This document shows positions 9,803 through 20,323 of a stretch of DNA of 64,000 nucleotides, in pieces. The stretch is from Bacteroidota bacterium. GTDB lineage: Bacteria > Bacteroidota > Bacteroidia > UKL13-3. Position 1 is the stretch's first letter. Every line of letters begins with the position of its first letter. The stretch spans positions 108,632-172,631 of the forward strand of contig CANJUD010000001.1 of assembly GCA_947477885.1 (NCBI GenBank). The letters are read 5' to 3'. The notes below the pieces were generated by a model that searched no databases, had not been told where the DNA came from, and worked only from the letters and a program-made list of their open reading frames with translations. Both the position numbers and the translations under genes were made by a program.

Positions 9803-11032
9803 TAGTATCTTCCCCACCGCTCCTTCATTCCCCACCGCAAAATCTTTCGCCTTCTCCTGCTGCTCCTTCAAATAAACTTCATCACTTATATATCTTTCTA
9901 TAGTAGGATATAACTCACTCGCACTTTTTATTTGATGTGCAACTCCATTTTCTACAGCTTCTGCTGCTTCAGGAAACTTATTTGTTTTGGGTCCAAAAAT
10001 TACCGACTTACCATGCGATAGCGGTTCTATAATATTGTGCAATCCCTTGCCAAATGCTCCACCTACATAGGCGATACTTGCAAAACGATAGATGTTTGAA
10101 AGCATCCCTATATTATCAATGATCAATATTTGTTTGTCAGAATTGTGAGCATACTTTGAATACAACACTGAATTCGGAAATTGTTTGTGTATATGTTCTG
10201 AACGCGAAATATCGTGAGGTGCTATAATAAGTTTACAGGTTAAATTTGCAAATAAACTTTCATCTTCTGCCCAAGTACTACCTGCCACCATACAAAATGT
10301 ATCGCCTATAAAGTCTTCGATAATTTCATTGGTATAAGGTGTATGTGCTATCTGTAAACAGCGGTCGTAGCGTGTATCTCCCGTTACAGTGACGTTGTTA
10401 TAGTGTAGTGCTTGTAATAGTTTTTGCGAGTTCTCATTCTGCACAAAAAAGTGCGTGATATATGATAACATCTTGCGATGCAAGCCTCCATACCATTTAA
10501 AAAAAATCTGATTGGGGCGAAATAATCCTGAAACTAAATATACGGGAATTTTATTATTATATAATATATGTAAATAATGATACCAAAATTCATACTTCAC
10601 AAAAAATACTTGGTTTGGTTTTATATATTCGATAAACTTTTTCGCGTTCGCCAAAGTATCAGCCGGTAAATAAAATTTATAATCTATCAGTTTCGTATCC
10701 TTACAATACTCATATCCCGAGGGTGAAAAAAAAGTTGCCACAATCACCAAATCTTTTTTCTCTGCTTTTAGTTTTTCCATGAGTGGGCGGCCTTGTTCGT
10801 ATTCTCCGAGGGAGGCGAAGTGAAACCAAACAACATACGATGTACGATGTGCGATGTACGATGTTTTGAGTTCGGTCCAAATGTTTTTTCGTCCATCTAC
10901 CCACAGCTTTGCCTTCTTGTGACCTAGAGCGGCCATCAGTTTTGCTACGAGGGAGTAGAGGGCGATGAAAGTATTGTACAAAAAAATCATGTGGCCTGCA
11001 AAGTAACTGATGGAACGGGAAAGATAGAGCAC
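9791..11032 (-). CDS. waaA: 3-deoxy-D-manno-octulosonic acid (Kdo) transferase
   Basis: WFHFASLGEYEQGRP, FVKYEFW, TGDTRYD, IDNIGML, GLHNIIEP. Confidence 0.92.
   Translation of the reverse strand: MLYLSRSISYFAGHMIFLYNTFIALYSLVAKLMAALGHKKAKLWVDGRKNIWTELKTSYIAHRTSYVVWFHFASLGEYEQGRPLMEKLKAEKKDLVIVATFFSPSGYEYCKDTKLIDYKFYLPADTLANAKKFIEYIKPNQVFFVKYEFWYHYLHILYNNKIPVYLVSGLFRPNQIFFKWYGGLHRKMLSYITHFFVQNENSQKLLQALHYNNVTVTGDTRYDRCLQIAHTPYTNEIIEDFIGDTFCMVAGSTWAEDESLFANLTCKLIIAPHDISRSEHIHKQFPNSVLYSKYAHNSDKQILIIDNIGMLSNIYRFASIAYVGGAFGKGLHNIIEPLSHGKSVIFGPKTNKFPEAAEAVENGVAHQIKSASELYPTIERYISDEVYLKEQQEKAKDFAVGNEGAVGKILASF
10836..10863. repeat. Four tandem 7-mers (TACGATG-type) inside the waaA coding sequence
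   Basis: tacgatg tacgatg tgcgatg tacgatg; encodes part of KTSYIAHRTSYVV. Confidence 0.8.
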
Positions 11033-11059
11033 TTATTTGCTAATGCACAGCCAAGTTTC

Positions 11060-12127
11060 TTAATTACTTTTATCGTAACTTTCAACTGTCTTAAATAACA
11101 TTTCTGAAAAATTAAATATATCATCCAATATTGCTAAATCAAATTTGTTTTCTTTTTTCTGCTCATCTAAAATTCCGATTTGTTTTTTAGCACCTAGATA
11201 TAATCTACATATAGTTTTTCTGTTATTGTCATCAAGCAAAATTGCAAAGTATGACTGAGCATCCCTATGAGTAACTCTATCAGCTTTTATCTTCTGCCTC
11301 AATATAGTTTTTACTATCATAAACGCCTCTAATTCTTCATCAGTAGTAACTACTTTACTTTCTTCTGGTTTGCTTGCAATCTCTATTGCTTCTTGCTTTT
11401 TAGTTTCTTCATCTTCTTTTGATAAAGCAGCCTTCAATCTATCGTTGATTATATCATTTATGTTTTGTTGAATAGATTTTCTAACTAAGCCTGTAAACTG
11501 TTCTAAAACTTTAGCGGTAATTACACTGGGATATACCTGCTTAGCATAATATTTTACAAAATCAGGACTGGGATTCGCAAAATCAGTATTCAAAAGTACT
11601 TTCAACTCGTTTGTATATTTCAACTCACTTGCAGTATTAACAATATTATTAAAATCATAATGAGATTTATGGAATTTCTTTAGTTCTTCTATTTGGTTAT
11701 CTTTTATATCAAGAATATTAAATGCAAAAAACGGCTTCTCATCCATCTTATTAGGAGACACTAAATCAGTATAGAATTTATACTCGATGCCATTTGTTAG
11801 GATAGCAAACTTTGCTTTGGTTGTATGAAAATACCTGAATAATTGTGATTCATTAAGAACATTTAAAGTTGCACCACTCCATTTGCATTCAATTAATATA
11901 ATAGGTTCACCATTTTGCATAATAGCATAATCTATTTTCTCACCCTGCTTCATACCAATATCAGCAGTTAATTCAGGCGTTACTTCATTTGGATTGAACA
12001 CGTCATATCCTAGCTCGCGGATGAACGGCATTATCAAAGCATTCTTAGTTGCTTCTTCTGTTGAAAGTTGATCCTTCATAGTCAATACCCTTGCAGTTAG
12101 TGCTTTTATTTGGTCTTTGAATTCCAT
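11060..12127 (-). CDS. Stand-alone type I restriction HsdR N-terminal-like (PD-(D/E)XK) nuclease protein
   Basis: TEEATKNALIMPF, PE...KIDYAI...ILIECK, QLFRYF, ILTNGIEYKFYTD; no helicase domain and no hsdM/hsdS nearby. Confidence 0.75.
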   Translation of the reverse strand: MEFKDQIKALTARVLTMKDQLSTEEATKNALIMPFIRELGYDVFNPNEVTPELTADIGMKQGEKIDYAIMQNGEPIILIECKWSGATLNVLNESQLFRYFHTTKAKFAILTNGIEYKFYTDLVSPNKMDEKPFFAFNILDIKDNQIEELKKFHKSHYDFNNIVNTASELKYTNELKVLLNTDFANPSPDFVKYYAKQVYPSVITAKVLEQFTGLVRKSIQQNINDIINDRLKAALSKEDEETKKQEAIEIASKPEESKVVTTDEELEAFMIVKTILRQKIKADRVTHRDAQSYFAILLDDNNRKTICRLYLGAKKQIGILDEQKKENKFDLAILDDIFNFSEMLFKTVESYDKSN

Positions 12128-12335
12128 TTTATTTATTTATTATAGGTCGCAAAGTAAGATTCTACCCCTCATAATGACAAATTACTTGTAAACATTTTTT
12201 AATAAAAATTAAAAAGAATAACCAACAAACAAGCTATTGGTTAATAAATAGTTAGATAACTACATGAATAGAAGTAAAAAAGGCCTGCAAAGTAACTCAC
12301 AGAAACCTGTATTTTTGCAAACGAACTAAAACAGC

Positions 12336-13256
12336 ATGTCGATTATTGTAGAAAATTTGAGCAAACACTATGGCACCCAAAAGGCTGTGGATGCGATATC
12401 GTTCGAGGCCAAGGCGGGTGAGGTGCTCGGTTTTTTAGGTCCGAATGGTGCGGGTAAATCCACCACCATGAAAATGCTGACCTGCTATATCCCGCCCACA
12501 TCAGGCACTGCCACGGTTTGCGGTTTTAGTATTATAGACAAACCTTTGGAAGTTCGCAAACTCATTGGTTACTTGCCCGAGCTCAATCCATTATATACCG
12601 ATATGTTTGTACGTGAATATTTAAGATTCATGGCACAGATACACGGACTGGGCAAAGGGGCTAATAAACGTTGCGAAGAAATGATCAGCAATGTGGGACT
12701 TACCCCTGAGGCTCATAAAAAAATCGGTCAATTATCCAAAGGTTATAAGCAACGTGTGGGCCTTGCCCAATCGATGTTGCACAATCCCAAAGTGTTGATT
12801 TTAGATGAACCTACATCGGGTCTCGACCCCAACCAAATAGTTGATATCAGAAAGCTGATTAAGGAAATCGGCAGAGACCGCACTGTGATACTTTCTACGC
12901 ATATTATGCAAGAGGTACAAGCCATGTGCGATAGGGTTATTATAATAAACCAAGGAAAAATAGTTGCAGATGATAGAACGGAGAACTTAGGCAAACAAGG
13001 AATAGAAGAGTTTATTATAGTAGTTGAATTTGCTAAAGAAATAAATGATAACTTGCTTAAAAAGATAGCTGGCGTGAAAAGTATTACCGCTTTAGCAGGC
13101 AACCAATACAAACTTATTTGCGATACAGATATACGCGAACAAATTACCAAAGTGGCCTACGAAAACAATATGAATTTATTGGGACTGAATTTGGAAAAAC
13201 AAAAACTGGAAGATGTATTTAAAACCTTGACCAAAAAAGAACAGAAAGATGTATAG
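12336..13256 (+). CDS. gldA: Gliding motility ABC transporter ATP-binding subunit
   Basis: GPNGAGKS, LSKGYKQRVG, ILDEPTSGLDPNQ; directly upstream of gldF/gldG. Confidence 0.88.
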   Translation: MSIIVENLSKHYGTQKAVDAISFEAKAGEVLGFLGPNGAGKSTTMKMLTCYIPPTSGTATVCGFSIIDKPLEVRKLIGYLPELNPLYTDMFVREYLRFMAQIHGLGKGANKRCEEMISNVGLTPEAHKKIGQLSKGYKQRVGLAQSMLHNPKVLILDEPTSGLDPNQIVDIRKLIKEIGRDRTVILSTHIMQEVQAMCDRVIIINQGKIVADDRTENLGKQGIEEFIIVVEFAKEINDNLLKKIAGVKSITALAGNQYKLICDTDIREQITKVAYENNMNLLGLNLEKQKLEDVFKTLTKKEQKDV

Positions 13257-13977
13257 TATTTTTGTAAAAGAAATCAGGAGTTTTTTAAGTTCGCTTATAG
13301 CCTACGTAGTTATCATAGTGTTCCTATTGGCTATTGGTTTATTTATGTGGGTGTTCCCCGGCTATAATTTATTCGACGGGGGTTACGCCAACCTCGACAC
13401 CTTGTTTAACATCGCACCATGGGTATTTATATTTTTGATTTCGGCAATTACCATGCGTAGTTTTAGCGAAGAAAAAAAATCGGGAACTATAGAATTACTC
13501 ACTACCAAACCACTCACCGATTGGCAAATTGTATTGGCAAAATATTTCGCATCAGTAGTATTAGTTTTATTTGCTTTGATACCCACTATTATATTTTATA
13601 TATCAGTATCTAAACTTGCAAACCCTGCAGGAAATATAGACACTGGAGCCATAATGGGAAGTTATATAGGTTTGTTTTTTTTAGGAGCGGTATATGCATC
13701 TATCGGAATTTTTGCCAGTGCTGTTACCGATAATCAAATTGTAAGTTTCTTGGTATCAATGTTCCTGTGTTTCTTTCTGTATCAAGCTTTCAGCCTGTTG
13801 AGCGATTTTAAATTATTTGGTTCTTATGATAGATTGGTTGAATGGTTCAGTATAGAAACGCACTATAAAAATATAAGTGTGGGTGTAGTGGATAGCAGAG
13901 ATGTATTATACTTTATTAGTGTAATAATAATATTTTTATGGGGAAGTAAAACGGTTTTTGGAAGCAGAAAATGGTAA
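13249..13977 (+). CDS. gldF: Gliding motility ABC transporter permease
   Basis: FIFLISAITMRSFSEEKKSGTIELLTTKP, GVVDSRD; six TM segments. Confidence 0.9.
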   Translation: MYSIFVKEIRSFLSSLIAYVVIIVFLLAIGLFMWVFPGYNLFDGGYANLDTLFNIAPWVFIFLISAITMRSFSEEKKSGTIELLTTKPLTDWQIVLAKYFASVVLVLFALIPTIIFYISVSKLANPAGNIDTGAIMGSYIGLFFLGAVYASIGIFASAVTDNQIVSFLVSMFLCFFLYQAFSLLSDFKLFGSYDRLVEWFSIETHYKNISVGVVDSRDVLYFISVIIIFLWGSKTVFGSRKW

Positions 13978-15703
13978 GTATTTTATGAAAAACTACAAAA
14001 AACAAGCTATCATAGAACTCATTTTGGTGGGGGTACTTTTGGTATTGCTCAATTTTGTGGCAACTACCACTTTCATTAGGCTTGACCTTACCAAAGAGAA
14101 ACGTTTTACACTTTCAAATTCATCCAAAGAAATTGCAGCTTCGCTTCCGGATGTGGTATATTTTAAAGTATTTTTGGAAGGCGATTTTGATGCCCGATTT
14201 AAACGTTTGCAACAATCATTGAAAGAAACTTTAGATGAGTTTAAAAGTTATTCTAATGGCAAAATACAGTATGAGTTCATAGATCCAAATACGGAGATTA
14301 TGGATTCATCGGGCACCAATGAAGAAAAGCAGGAACGCTATACACGCATGCAGCAACTCATCGATTTGGGATTGAAGCCTACCTCCTTACAAATAGATCA
14401 GGACAATGAATTTTCGCGCAAAACTATATTTCCTGGTGCTTTAGTTTCATTTAAGGGAACAAAAGATTTTCCAATGAATTTTTTGCGTGAACAGTTTGGA
14501 ATGCCCGCAGAAATTGCATTGAACCAGAGTATAGAAAATTTGGAATATGATATAAGTAACGCATTAAAAAAATGTATAAACATTGAGAAGAAAAAAATTG
14601 CATATACTGTTGGCCATGGAGAGTTAGATAAGGACAATACTGCAAGCCTCACCAATGAACTCACCGATTACTATGATGTGGAGCGAATTAGAATTAGCGA
14701 TTTTACAGCATCAGAATTAAATAAGTTTGCTTGTTTAATAGTAGCAAAACCCGATTCGCTTTTCGAGAATTATGAATTGTCTAAATTAGACCAATATGTA
14801 ATGCACGGAGGCAAATTATTGATGCTTGTAGAAAATGTGCGTGCTGAGATGGACAGCCTAAAGGGTATGCAACAAACCTTTGCACCAATAGTTAATACAG
14901 GTTTAGAAGAAATGCTTTTCAGGTATGGAGTACGATTGAATCCTGTTTTGCTGAAAGACCTTGCCTGCACCCGCATTCAGCTTACGGAAAAATTACCCAA
15001 TGGGGGCACGCAGCCCGTATATAAACCTTGGACTTTTGCACCCTTATTCTTCCCGCAAAGCGAACATCCCATTGTGCGAAACCTTGAACCCGTTGCAGGA
15101 ATGTTTGGTGGCACACTCGATACCGTGGGTCGTGAAGGGGTGACAAAAACTGTTTTGCTCCGTTCAAGTGACCATGCAAAAATCCTACAAGCCCCAGTAA
15201 TGCTGAGCATTGAGGGAAGTTTGGTGAAGCAGCAAGATATGAAATTATATACGAACGAATTTTTGCCAGTTGCTGTTTTGCTTGAAGGGAAATTCAATTC
15301 TATATTTAAAAATTATGGCAATGATAGTATAACAAAATTATTAGATTATAAAAATCATATAGATAATAATCGTATGATAATAATTGCTGACGGAGATATT
15401 ATAAAAAATAAAGTATTACGACAAAAGGGAAATCTTATAGTTCCGCTTGGTTTTGACAATACGGATAATGTCCCTAAAACTTATGGAAACAAAAAGTTTT
15501 TGATGAATTGTATAGAATATTTGGTCGAAGGTTCCAAACTAATGGATGCCCGAAGTAAAAAAATTGAAATCAGACCCCTCGACCGCGAAAAAATAAAACT
15601 ATATAAAAGCCAATACCAATGGTTCAATATCGTATTCCCTATTTTGCTCATTATCATATTTGCCTATATCAATAATTTTATCAGAAAGCAACGAAATACT
15701 TAA
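13958..15703 (+). CDS. gldG: Gliding motility ABC transporter substrate-binding component
   Basis: RLDLTKEKRFTLS, ENLEYDISNA, LDQYVMHGGK, PVAVLLEGKF, IIIADGD, GNKKFLMNCIEYL; TM at both ends. Confidence 0.9.
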   Translation: MEAENGKYFMKNYKKQAIIELILVGVLLVLLNFVATTTFIRLDLTKEKRFTLSNSSKEIAASLPDVVYFKVFLEGDFDARFKRLQQSLKETLDEFKSYSNGKIQYEFIDPNTEIMDSSGTNEEKQERYTRMQQLIDLGLKPTSLQIDQDNEFSRKTIFPGALVSFKGTKDFPMNFLREQFGMPAEIALNQSIENLEYDISNALKKCINIEKKKIAYTVGHGELDKDNTASLTNELTDYYDVERIRISDFTASELNKFACLIVAKPDSLFENYELSKLDQYVMHGGKLLMLVENVRAEMDSLKGMQQTFAPIVNTGLEEMLFRYGVRLNPVLLKDLACTRIQLTEKLPNGGTQPVYKPWTFAPLFFPQSEHPIVRNLEPVAGMFGGTLDTVGREGVTKTVLLRSSDHAKILQAPVMLSIEGSLVKQQDMKLYTNEFLPVAVLLEGKFNSIFKNYGNDSITKLLDYKNHIDNNRMIIIADGDIIKNKVLRQKGNLIVPLGFDNTDNVPKTYGNKKFLMNCIEYLVEGSKLMDARSKKIEIRPLDREKIKLYKSQYQWFNIVFPILLIIIFAYINNFIRKQRNT

Positions 15704-15705
15704 TA

Positions 15706-15797
15706 CAGTAGTTAGTGGTCAGTAACCAGTAATCAGTGCCATACGGCAGCAAACTAATTACTGACCACTGACTACTGTTTACTGACCACTGACTACT
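15706..15797. repeat. 7-mer inverted-repeat element H1 (CAGTNNN family)
   Basis: cagtagt tagtggt cagtaac cagtaat cagt ... actaatt actgacc actgact actgttt actgacc actgact act. Confidence 0.88.
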
Positions 15798-15803
15798 AAA
15801 AAA

Positions 15804-16829
15804 ATGAATCGTACTATAATAATCCTACTCCTATTTATCGCATTGCTTTGTGTAGCCTTTTGGGGCAATAAACAAGGCTGGTTTTTCAGTAAAACTGTTT
15901 TAAAAGATTTTGCGATTACCGACACTTCTGGTATCAATAAAATATATTTGGTGGAGAAGAATGGCAAAGATATTTTACTAGAGAATATTAATGGAACATG
16001 GATGGTAAATAAAACATATGAGGCATATAGTACCTACCTAAACCAGATGTTTGAAACTTTGCAAAAATTACAAGTTAAAACACCCATTCCACAAAGTCAA
16101 ATGCAAAGTGTGATTAAACTAATAGCTTCATTGCATACCAAAGTAGAAGTATACAAAAACAACCAAATATTTAAAACCTATTATATAAGTCACAGTAACG
16201 CACAACATAATGGATCTTATATGCTTTTAGACGGTTCTTCCGAACCATTTATATGCGAAGTGCCGGGCTTTGATGGCATGCCCAATATGCATTTTCCTAC
16301 AGATTTGAATAAGTGGCGTAGTAAAGTAATATTCAAAATTAAATCTGAAAATATACAATCTGTTAAACTCGAATTCCCTGATAATATGTCAGAATCATAC
16401 CAGGTGAATTATGATAATTCATCGTATATATTAACACCAGCAGCAACTACAAAAATTGATACAGGTTTTATATATTATATTAAAGGATTCTTTAATGGCA
16501 AAAAAGGTGAAGGAGTTTCAGCAGAAGCATATGGGACTGAAACAACTAAGGAAAATGAGGATTCTATATATCATTCCACACCCATGGTGATATTGACAGT
16601 AAAACAGAAGGGAAATAAAATTGATGTACTGAAAATTCATGCCAAGCATTTGAGCGAACGCACCAAAGCACAATTTGACCCGACAAATATGAAAGCAGCC
16701 AAGTATGATACTGACCGTTATTATGCATTTAAAAATGGCGATAAAGAAGTTATCATGCTGCAGGATTTTGTATTTGGAAATTTGCTGCGTAGAAAAAGTC
16801 AGTTGGCAGCTCCTTTAAATGCACAATAA
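15804..16829 (+). CDS. DUF4340-like protein associated with gldAFG
   Basis: N-terminal TM, FAITDTSGINKI, PFICEVPGFDG, DLNKWRSKVIF; typical position after gldG. Confidence 0.65.
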   Translation: MNRTIIILLLFIALLCVAFWGNKQGWFFSKTVLKDFAITDTSGINKIYLVEKNGKDILLENINGTWMVNKTYEAYSTYLNQMFETLQKLQVKTPIPQSQMQSVIKLIASLHTKVEVYKNNQIFKTYYISHSNAQHNGSYMLLDGSSEPFICEVPGFDGMPNMHFPTDLNKWRSKVIFKIKSENIQSVKLEFPDNMSESYQVNYDNSSYILTPAATTKIDTGFIYYIKGFFNGKKGEGVSAEAYGTETTKENEDSIYHSTPMVILTVKQKGNKIDVLKIHAKHLSERTKAQFDPTNMKAAKYDTDRYYAFKNGDKEVIMLQDFVFGNLLRRKSQLAAPLNAQ

Positions 16830-17755
16830 TGAAAATCCTGATTATCGAAAAAATGCACCTATGCTTGCAGGAAGGCTTGCTAGCACAGGGTTTTGAGGTT
16901 GATTATAAACCCGATATTTCCAGAGAAACTATTATAGAAACGCTACATCAATATAATGGTATTGTTGTTCGGTCAAAAACACATATTGATGCAGATTTAT
17001 TAAAACAGGGCACCCAATTAAAATTTATTGCTAGGGCTGGTGCAGGCATGGATAATGTGGATGAGGTATATGCACAACAGCATGATATTAAATGTATACA
17101 TGCGGGTGGTGCCAATGCCAATGCCGTGGGTGAGCATGCTACAGGAATGTTGTTGAGCTTATTGCATAAAATAAATTTTGGAGATGCTCAATTACGTAAA
17201 TATATATTTGACCGAAACGCAAACCAAGGTTTCGAATTACAAAATACAACTATTGGTATTATAGGTTATGGATATACTGGTAGTGCCTTTGCAAGAAAGC
17301 TCGCTGGCTTTGGGGTAAATGTGTTGGCTTATGATAAATATATTTCAATTACTAAAAATAATTATATAAAAGGATCTAGCCTGGAAACAATATTTGAACA
17401 AGCGGATATAATTTCTTTTCATGTGCCGCTTAATGAAGAAACTAAACATTATGCAAACAATGATTTTATCAATTCGTTTAAAAAAAATATTATATTAATG
17501 AATTTGAGCAGGGGTCCGGTGTTGGATACTGCTGCATTAGTTGAGAATTTGAAATCAGGAAAAATAATGGGTTGCTGCCTCGATGTGTTCCAAAACGAAA
17601 AATTAGCAACATTAAGCGAAAGCGAAAAGCTTGCATTTGATTATCTTATCACGCATCCCAATAGCGTCCTTACACCCCATGTAGCCGGATGGAGTAGCGA
17701 AAGTTACGAAGGCATTTCAAAACTATTGTTGCAAAAAATTGTGTCTATGAAGTGA
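16829..17755 (+). CDS. D-isomer-specific 2-hydroxyacid dehydrogenase (phosphoglycerate dehydrogenase-like)
   Basis: ARAGAGMDNVD, IGIIGYGYTG, SFHVPL, NLSRG, LDVFQNE, LTPHVAG. Confidence 0.88.
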   Translation: MKILIIEKMHLCLQEGLLAQGFEVDYKPDISRETIIETLHQYNGIVVRSKTHIDADLLKQGTQLKFIARAGAGMDNVDEVYAQQHDIKCIHAGGANANAVGEHATGMLLSLLHKINFGDAQLRKYIFDRNANQGFELQNTTIGIIGYGYTGSAFARKLAGFGVNVLAYDKYISITKNNYIKGSSLETIFEQADIISFHVPLNEETKHYANNDFINSFKKNIILMNLSRGPVLDTAALVENLKSGKIMGCCLDVFQNEKLATLSESEKLAFDYLITHPNSVLTPHVAGWSSESYEGISKLLLQKIVSMK

Positions 17756-17851
17756 TTTTTAATCACTTGACTATTTGAATAATTAAGTTTTTTTTGACAA
17801 AACTTCGTGGTAATTTGCAACCAAATTCTAGATTCTGAAATCTTGTAAGTA

Positions 17852-20122
17852 ATGAGAAAAATTAATTTATATATCTTCTGCATGCTTTTATTGGGCAATG
17901 CAGCGGCACAAAAACTTGGAACTTGGAAAGCCCATATGCCTTTCAGCCATATAAACAGTCTTGCCGAAGGGAATGATGAGGTATGGGCAGCTACCAACAG
18001 TGGGTTGTTCATGTTCGATTATACTTATAATTCAGTTCGTACTTTTACCACTGTAGAAGGATTAGGAGAAACCGAAGCCACCTTGCTCAGATACAATGAA
18101 GCACAAAAACTATTTATGGTAGTTTATGCCAATACCAATATTGATATAATAGAAAACGAAAATGTATCGCATTACCCAGATATTTTGAAAACTCCTATCA
18201 TTGGTAAAAAGCAAATCAACCATATTTATTACTATAAAAACTTTGCTTACCTATCTTGTAGCTTTGGTATTATACGTTTCGATTTGGATAAACGCGAAAT
18301 TTCAGAATCATATCAAAATGTGGGAGTGGGTGGCAGTTCGGTTGAGATAAATTCTCTCACCATCAGTGGCGATTCCATATATGCTGCAACTCCGGCTGGT
18401 ATTATTGCGGCTTCTATATTATCGCCCAATTTGGCCGATTATCACCAATGGAAATATATATATCAAGGTAGTGGTTGTTCGCAAATTATTACCCACGAAA
18501 ATCAAATTATTTTTGGCGTCGACACTGCTCTCCTAATATATAATAATGGTACCCTTATTCCATACTATTATATTGGCAAACATTTAATTACTACTATGGA
18601 AAGTAATCATGGAAACTTGATCGTAAATAAAGGTGACAGTATTATCTTGTTGAAAAATGGCAACTTAGTGAGTATTTATAGAGATGTGGTAAAAAACCAT
18701 GTAATACAAATTAAAAATGGCGATATATATATTGCCGATAATTCATATGGTTTAATCATACACCATCCCAATGTTGCAAGCGCAGATTTTATTGCCCCTA
18801 ACGGCCCCGTCAGCAAAAATTTAACAGATATGTGTTTTGATGGAACAGACCTCTGGACAGCTACTACAGGCCCGAACCAAATATTTTCTCCACTGTATGG
18901 CAACGATCGTTTTTCGCATTATGATGGTGAAAGATGGAACAACTTTACACAATCCCATCCTGTAATCGATAATATGCGTGACTTTTATAAAATAGCCGTG
19001 AACCCTTTCAATAAAAAAGTATATGTTGGTTCATTCGGCTATGGAATGATTGAATTGGTGAACAATAAATTTTCACAAGCGTTTATTCCAGGACTTAATG
19101 GTTGCAAATTAGATAGTTTAAAACTGGGCAGCTATTCTATTTTCCAAATAAGCGGACTTACTTTCGACGACAAAGGGAACCTCTGGATTTCAAACCCTGG
19201 GGCGAAAGATGTGATTGTAAAAATGGATACCAACTACAAATGGGAATCCTATAATTTGGGTTCGCTATCTGGTATTTCTGATGTGTTTGTTGATATAGTG
19301 TTGGATGACCTGGGGCAAAAATGGTTGGTAGCACCACGCGGAAAAGGTATTTTGGTTTTTGATGAAGGAAACAACAATTTTAATACTGGCCCGCCGCGTT
19401 CCAAATTGTTGGGAACCGATGTGGGCAGCGGCCTGTTGCCCGATATGGAAGTATCGCAAGTTGCCAAAGATAAAGATGGAAATATGTGGGTAGCAACCAA
19501 AAAAGGGCTGGTAGTTTTTTATTCACCGAGTAATATCTTTATGCCAAAAACAAATTTCGATGCACAAAGAATTGTAATTACTGTTAATGGTAAACCACAA
19601 TGGCTTTTTGGCGAAGATGTAATAAACTGTGTTGCCGTAGATCCTGCAAACCGCAAGTGGGTAGGCACTCGCAATGGAGCATATTTGATTAGTGCCGACG
19701 GACAGAAAATATTGAAAAACTATACAAAAGACAATAGCCCGCTTATATCAAATTTTGTATCACGAATTGGTGTAAACCCCACAACCGGCGAAGTATTTTT
19801 TGCTACCGATAAAGGAATGGTATCAGTAAAGGGCGATGCTGCAAAAGGAAATGACAACTATGATAGCTTAGTAGTGTTCCCCAACCCTGTAAATTCTAAT
19901 CATGGTATGGTAACCATCAAAGGACTCATCGATAATTCAAATATTAAAATAACCGATGCTGCCGGAAATATTGTGAATGAAATACAATCTAATGGGGGTA
20001 TAGCAACATGGGATATTAAGAATTTTAAAGGTGAGCGCGTTCATACGGGTGTATATCTTATTTTCTCAAACACTGCCGACGCTCTAGACCACAAGGTAGC
20101 TAAAGTACTCGTGTTTCATTAA
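17852..20122 (+). CDS. porZ: PorZ-like T9SS component (beta-propellers plus C-terminal T9SS domain)
   Basis: Signal peptide, WKAHMPF, APNGP, VDPANRKWVGT, NSPLISN, GEVFFATDKG, VFPNPV...IKITDAAG...GVYLIF. Confidence 0.78.
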   Translation: MRKINLYIFCMLLLGNAAAQKLGTWKAHMPFSHINSLAEGNDEVWAATNSGLFMFDYTYNSVRTFTTVEGLGETEATLLRYNEAQKLFMVVYANTNIDIIENENVSHYPDILKTPIIGKKQINHIYYYKNFAYLSCSFGIIRFDLDKREISESYQNVGVGGSSVEINSLTISGDSIYAATPAGIIAASILSPNLADYHQWKYIYQGSGCSQIITHENQIIFGVDTALLIYNNGTLIPYYYIGKHLITTMESNHGNLIVNKGDSIILLKNGNLVSIYRDVVKNHVIQIKNGDIYIADNSYGLIIHHPNVASADFIAPNGPVSKNLTDMCFDGTDLWTATTGPNQIFSPLYGNDRFSHYDGERWNNFTQSHPVIDNMRDFYKIAVNPFNKKVYVGSFGYGMIELVNNKFSQAFIPGLNGCKLDSLKLGSYSIFQISGLTFDDKGNLWISNPGAKDVIVKMDTNYKWESYNLGSLSGISDVFVDIVLDDLGQKWLVAPRGKGILVFDEGNNNFNTGPPRSKLLGTDVGSGLLPDMEVSQVAKDKDGNMWVATKKGLVVFYSPSNIFMPKTNFDAQRIVITVNGKPQWLFGEDVINCVAVDPANRKWVGTRNGAYLISADGQKILKNYTKDNSPLISNFVSRIGVNPTTGEVFFATDKGMVSVKGDAAKGNDNYDSLVVFPNPVNSNHGMVTIKGLIDNSNIKITDAAGNIVNEIQSNGGIATWDIKNFKGERVHTGVYLIFSNTADALDHKVAKVLVFH

Positions 20123-20135
20123 TATATAATCTTTT

Positions 20136-20220
20136 GTAGGCAGTTGGCAATCGCTACGCTTTAGTGCTTCAGTTGGTAACCCGCAGGGTACTGCCAACTG
20201 CATCCCGCCAACTGCCAACC
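20136..20220. repeat. 7-mer inverted-repeat element H2 (CAGTTGG family), degenerate
   Basis: gtagg cagttgg caat...cagttgg taac versus actgcc aactgc...cc aactgcc aacc. Confidence 0.65.
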
Positions 20221-20323
20221 ATTATATGTTTATGTCCTTCCTTTATTTGGTTGATACTTTGTTTACACAAATTTAACATATATCAAGCACTTTTGCAGTT
20301 CATATACGCATTATATATATAAT

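Noticed and set aside
9810-9838. 11-bp direct repeat encoding AVG...AVG near the waaA C-terminus
   Set aside because: Too short to distinguish from chance or minor slippage
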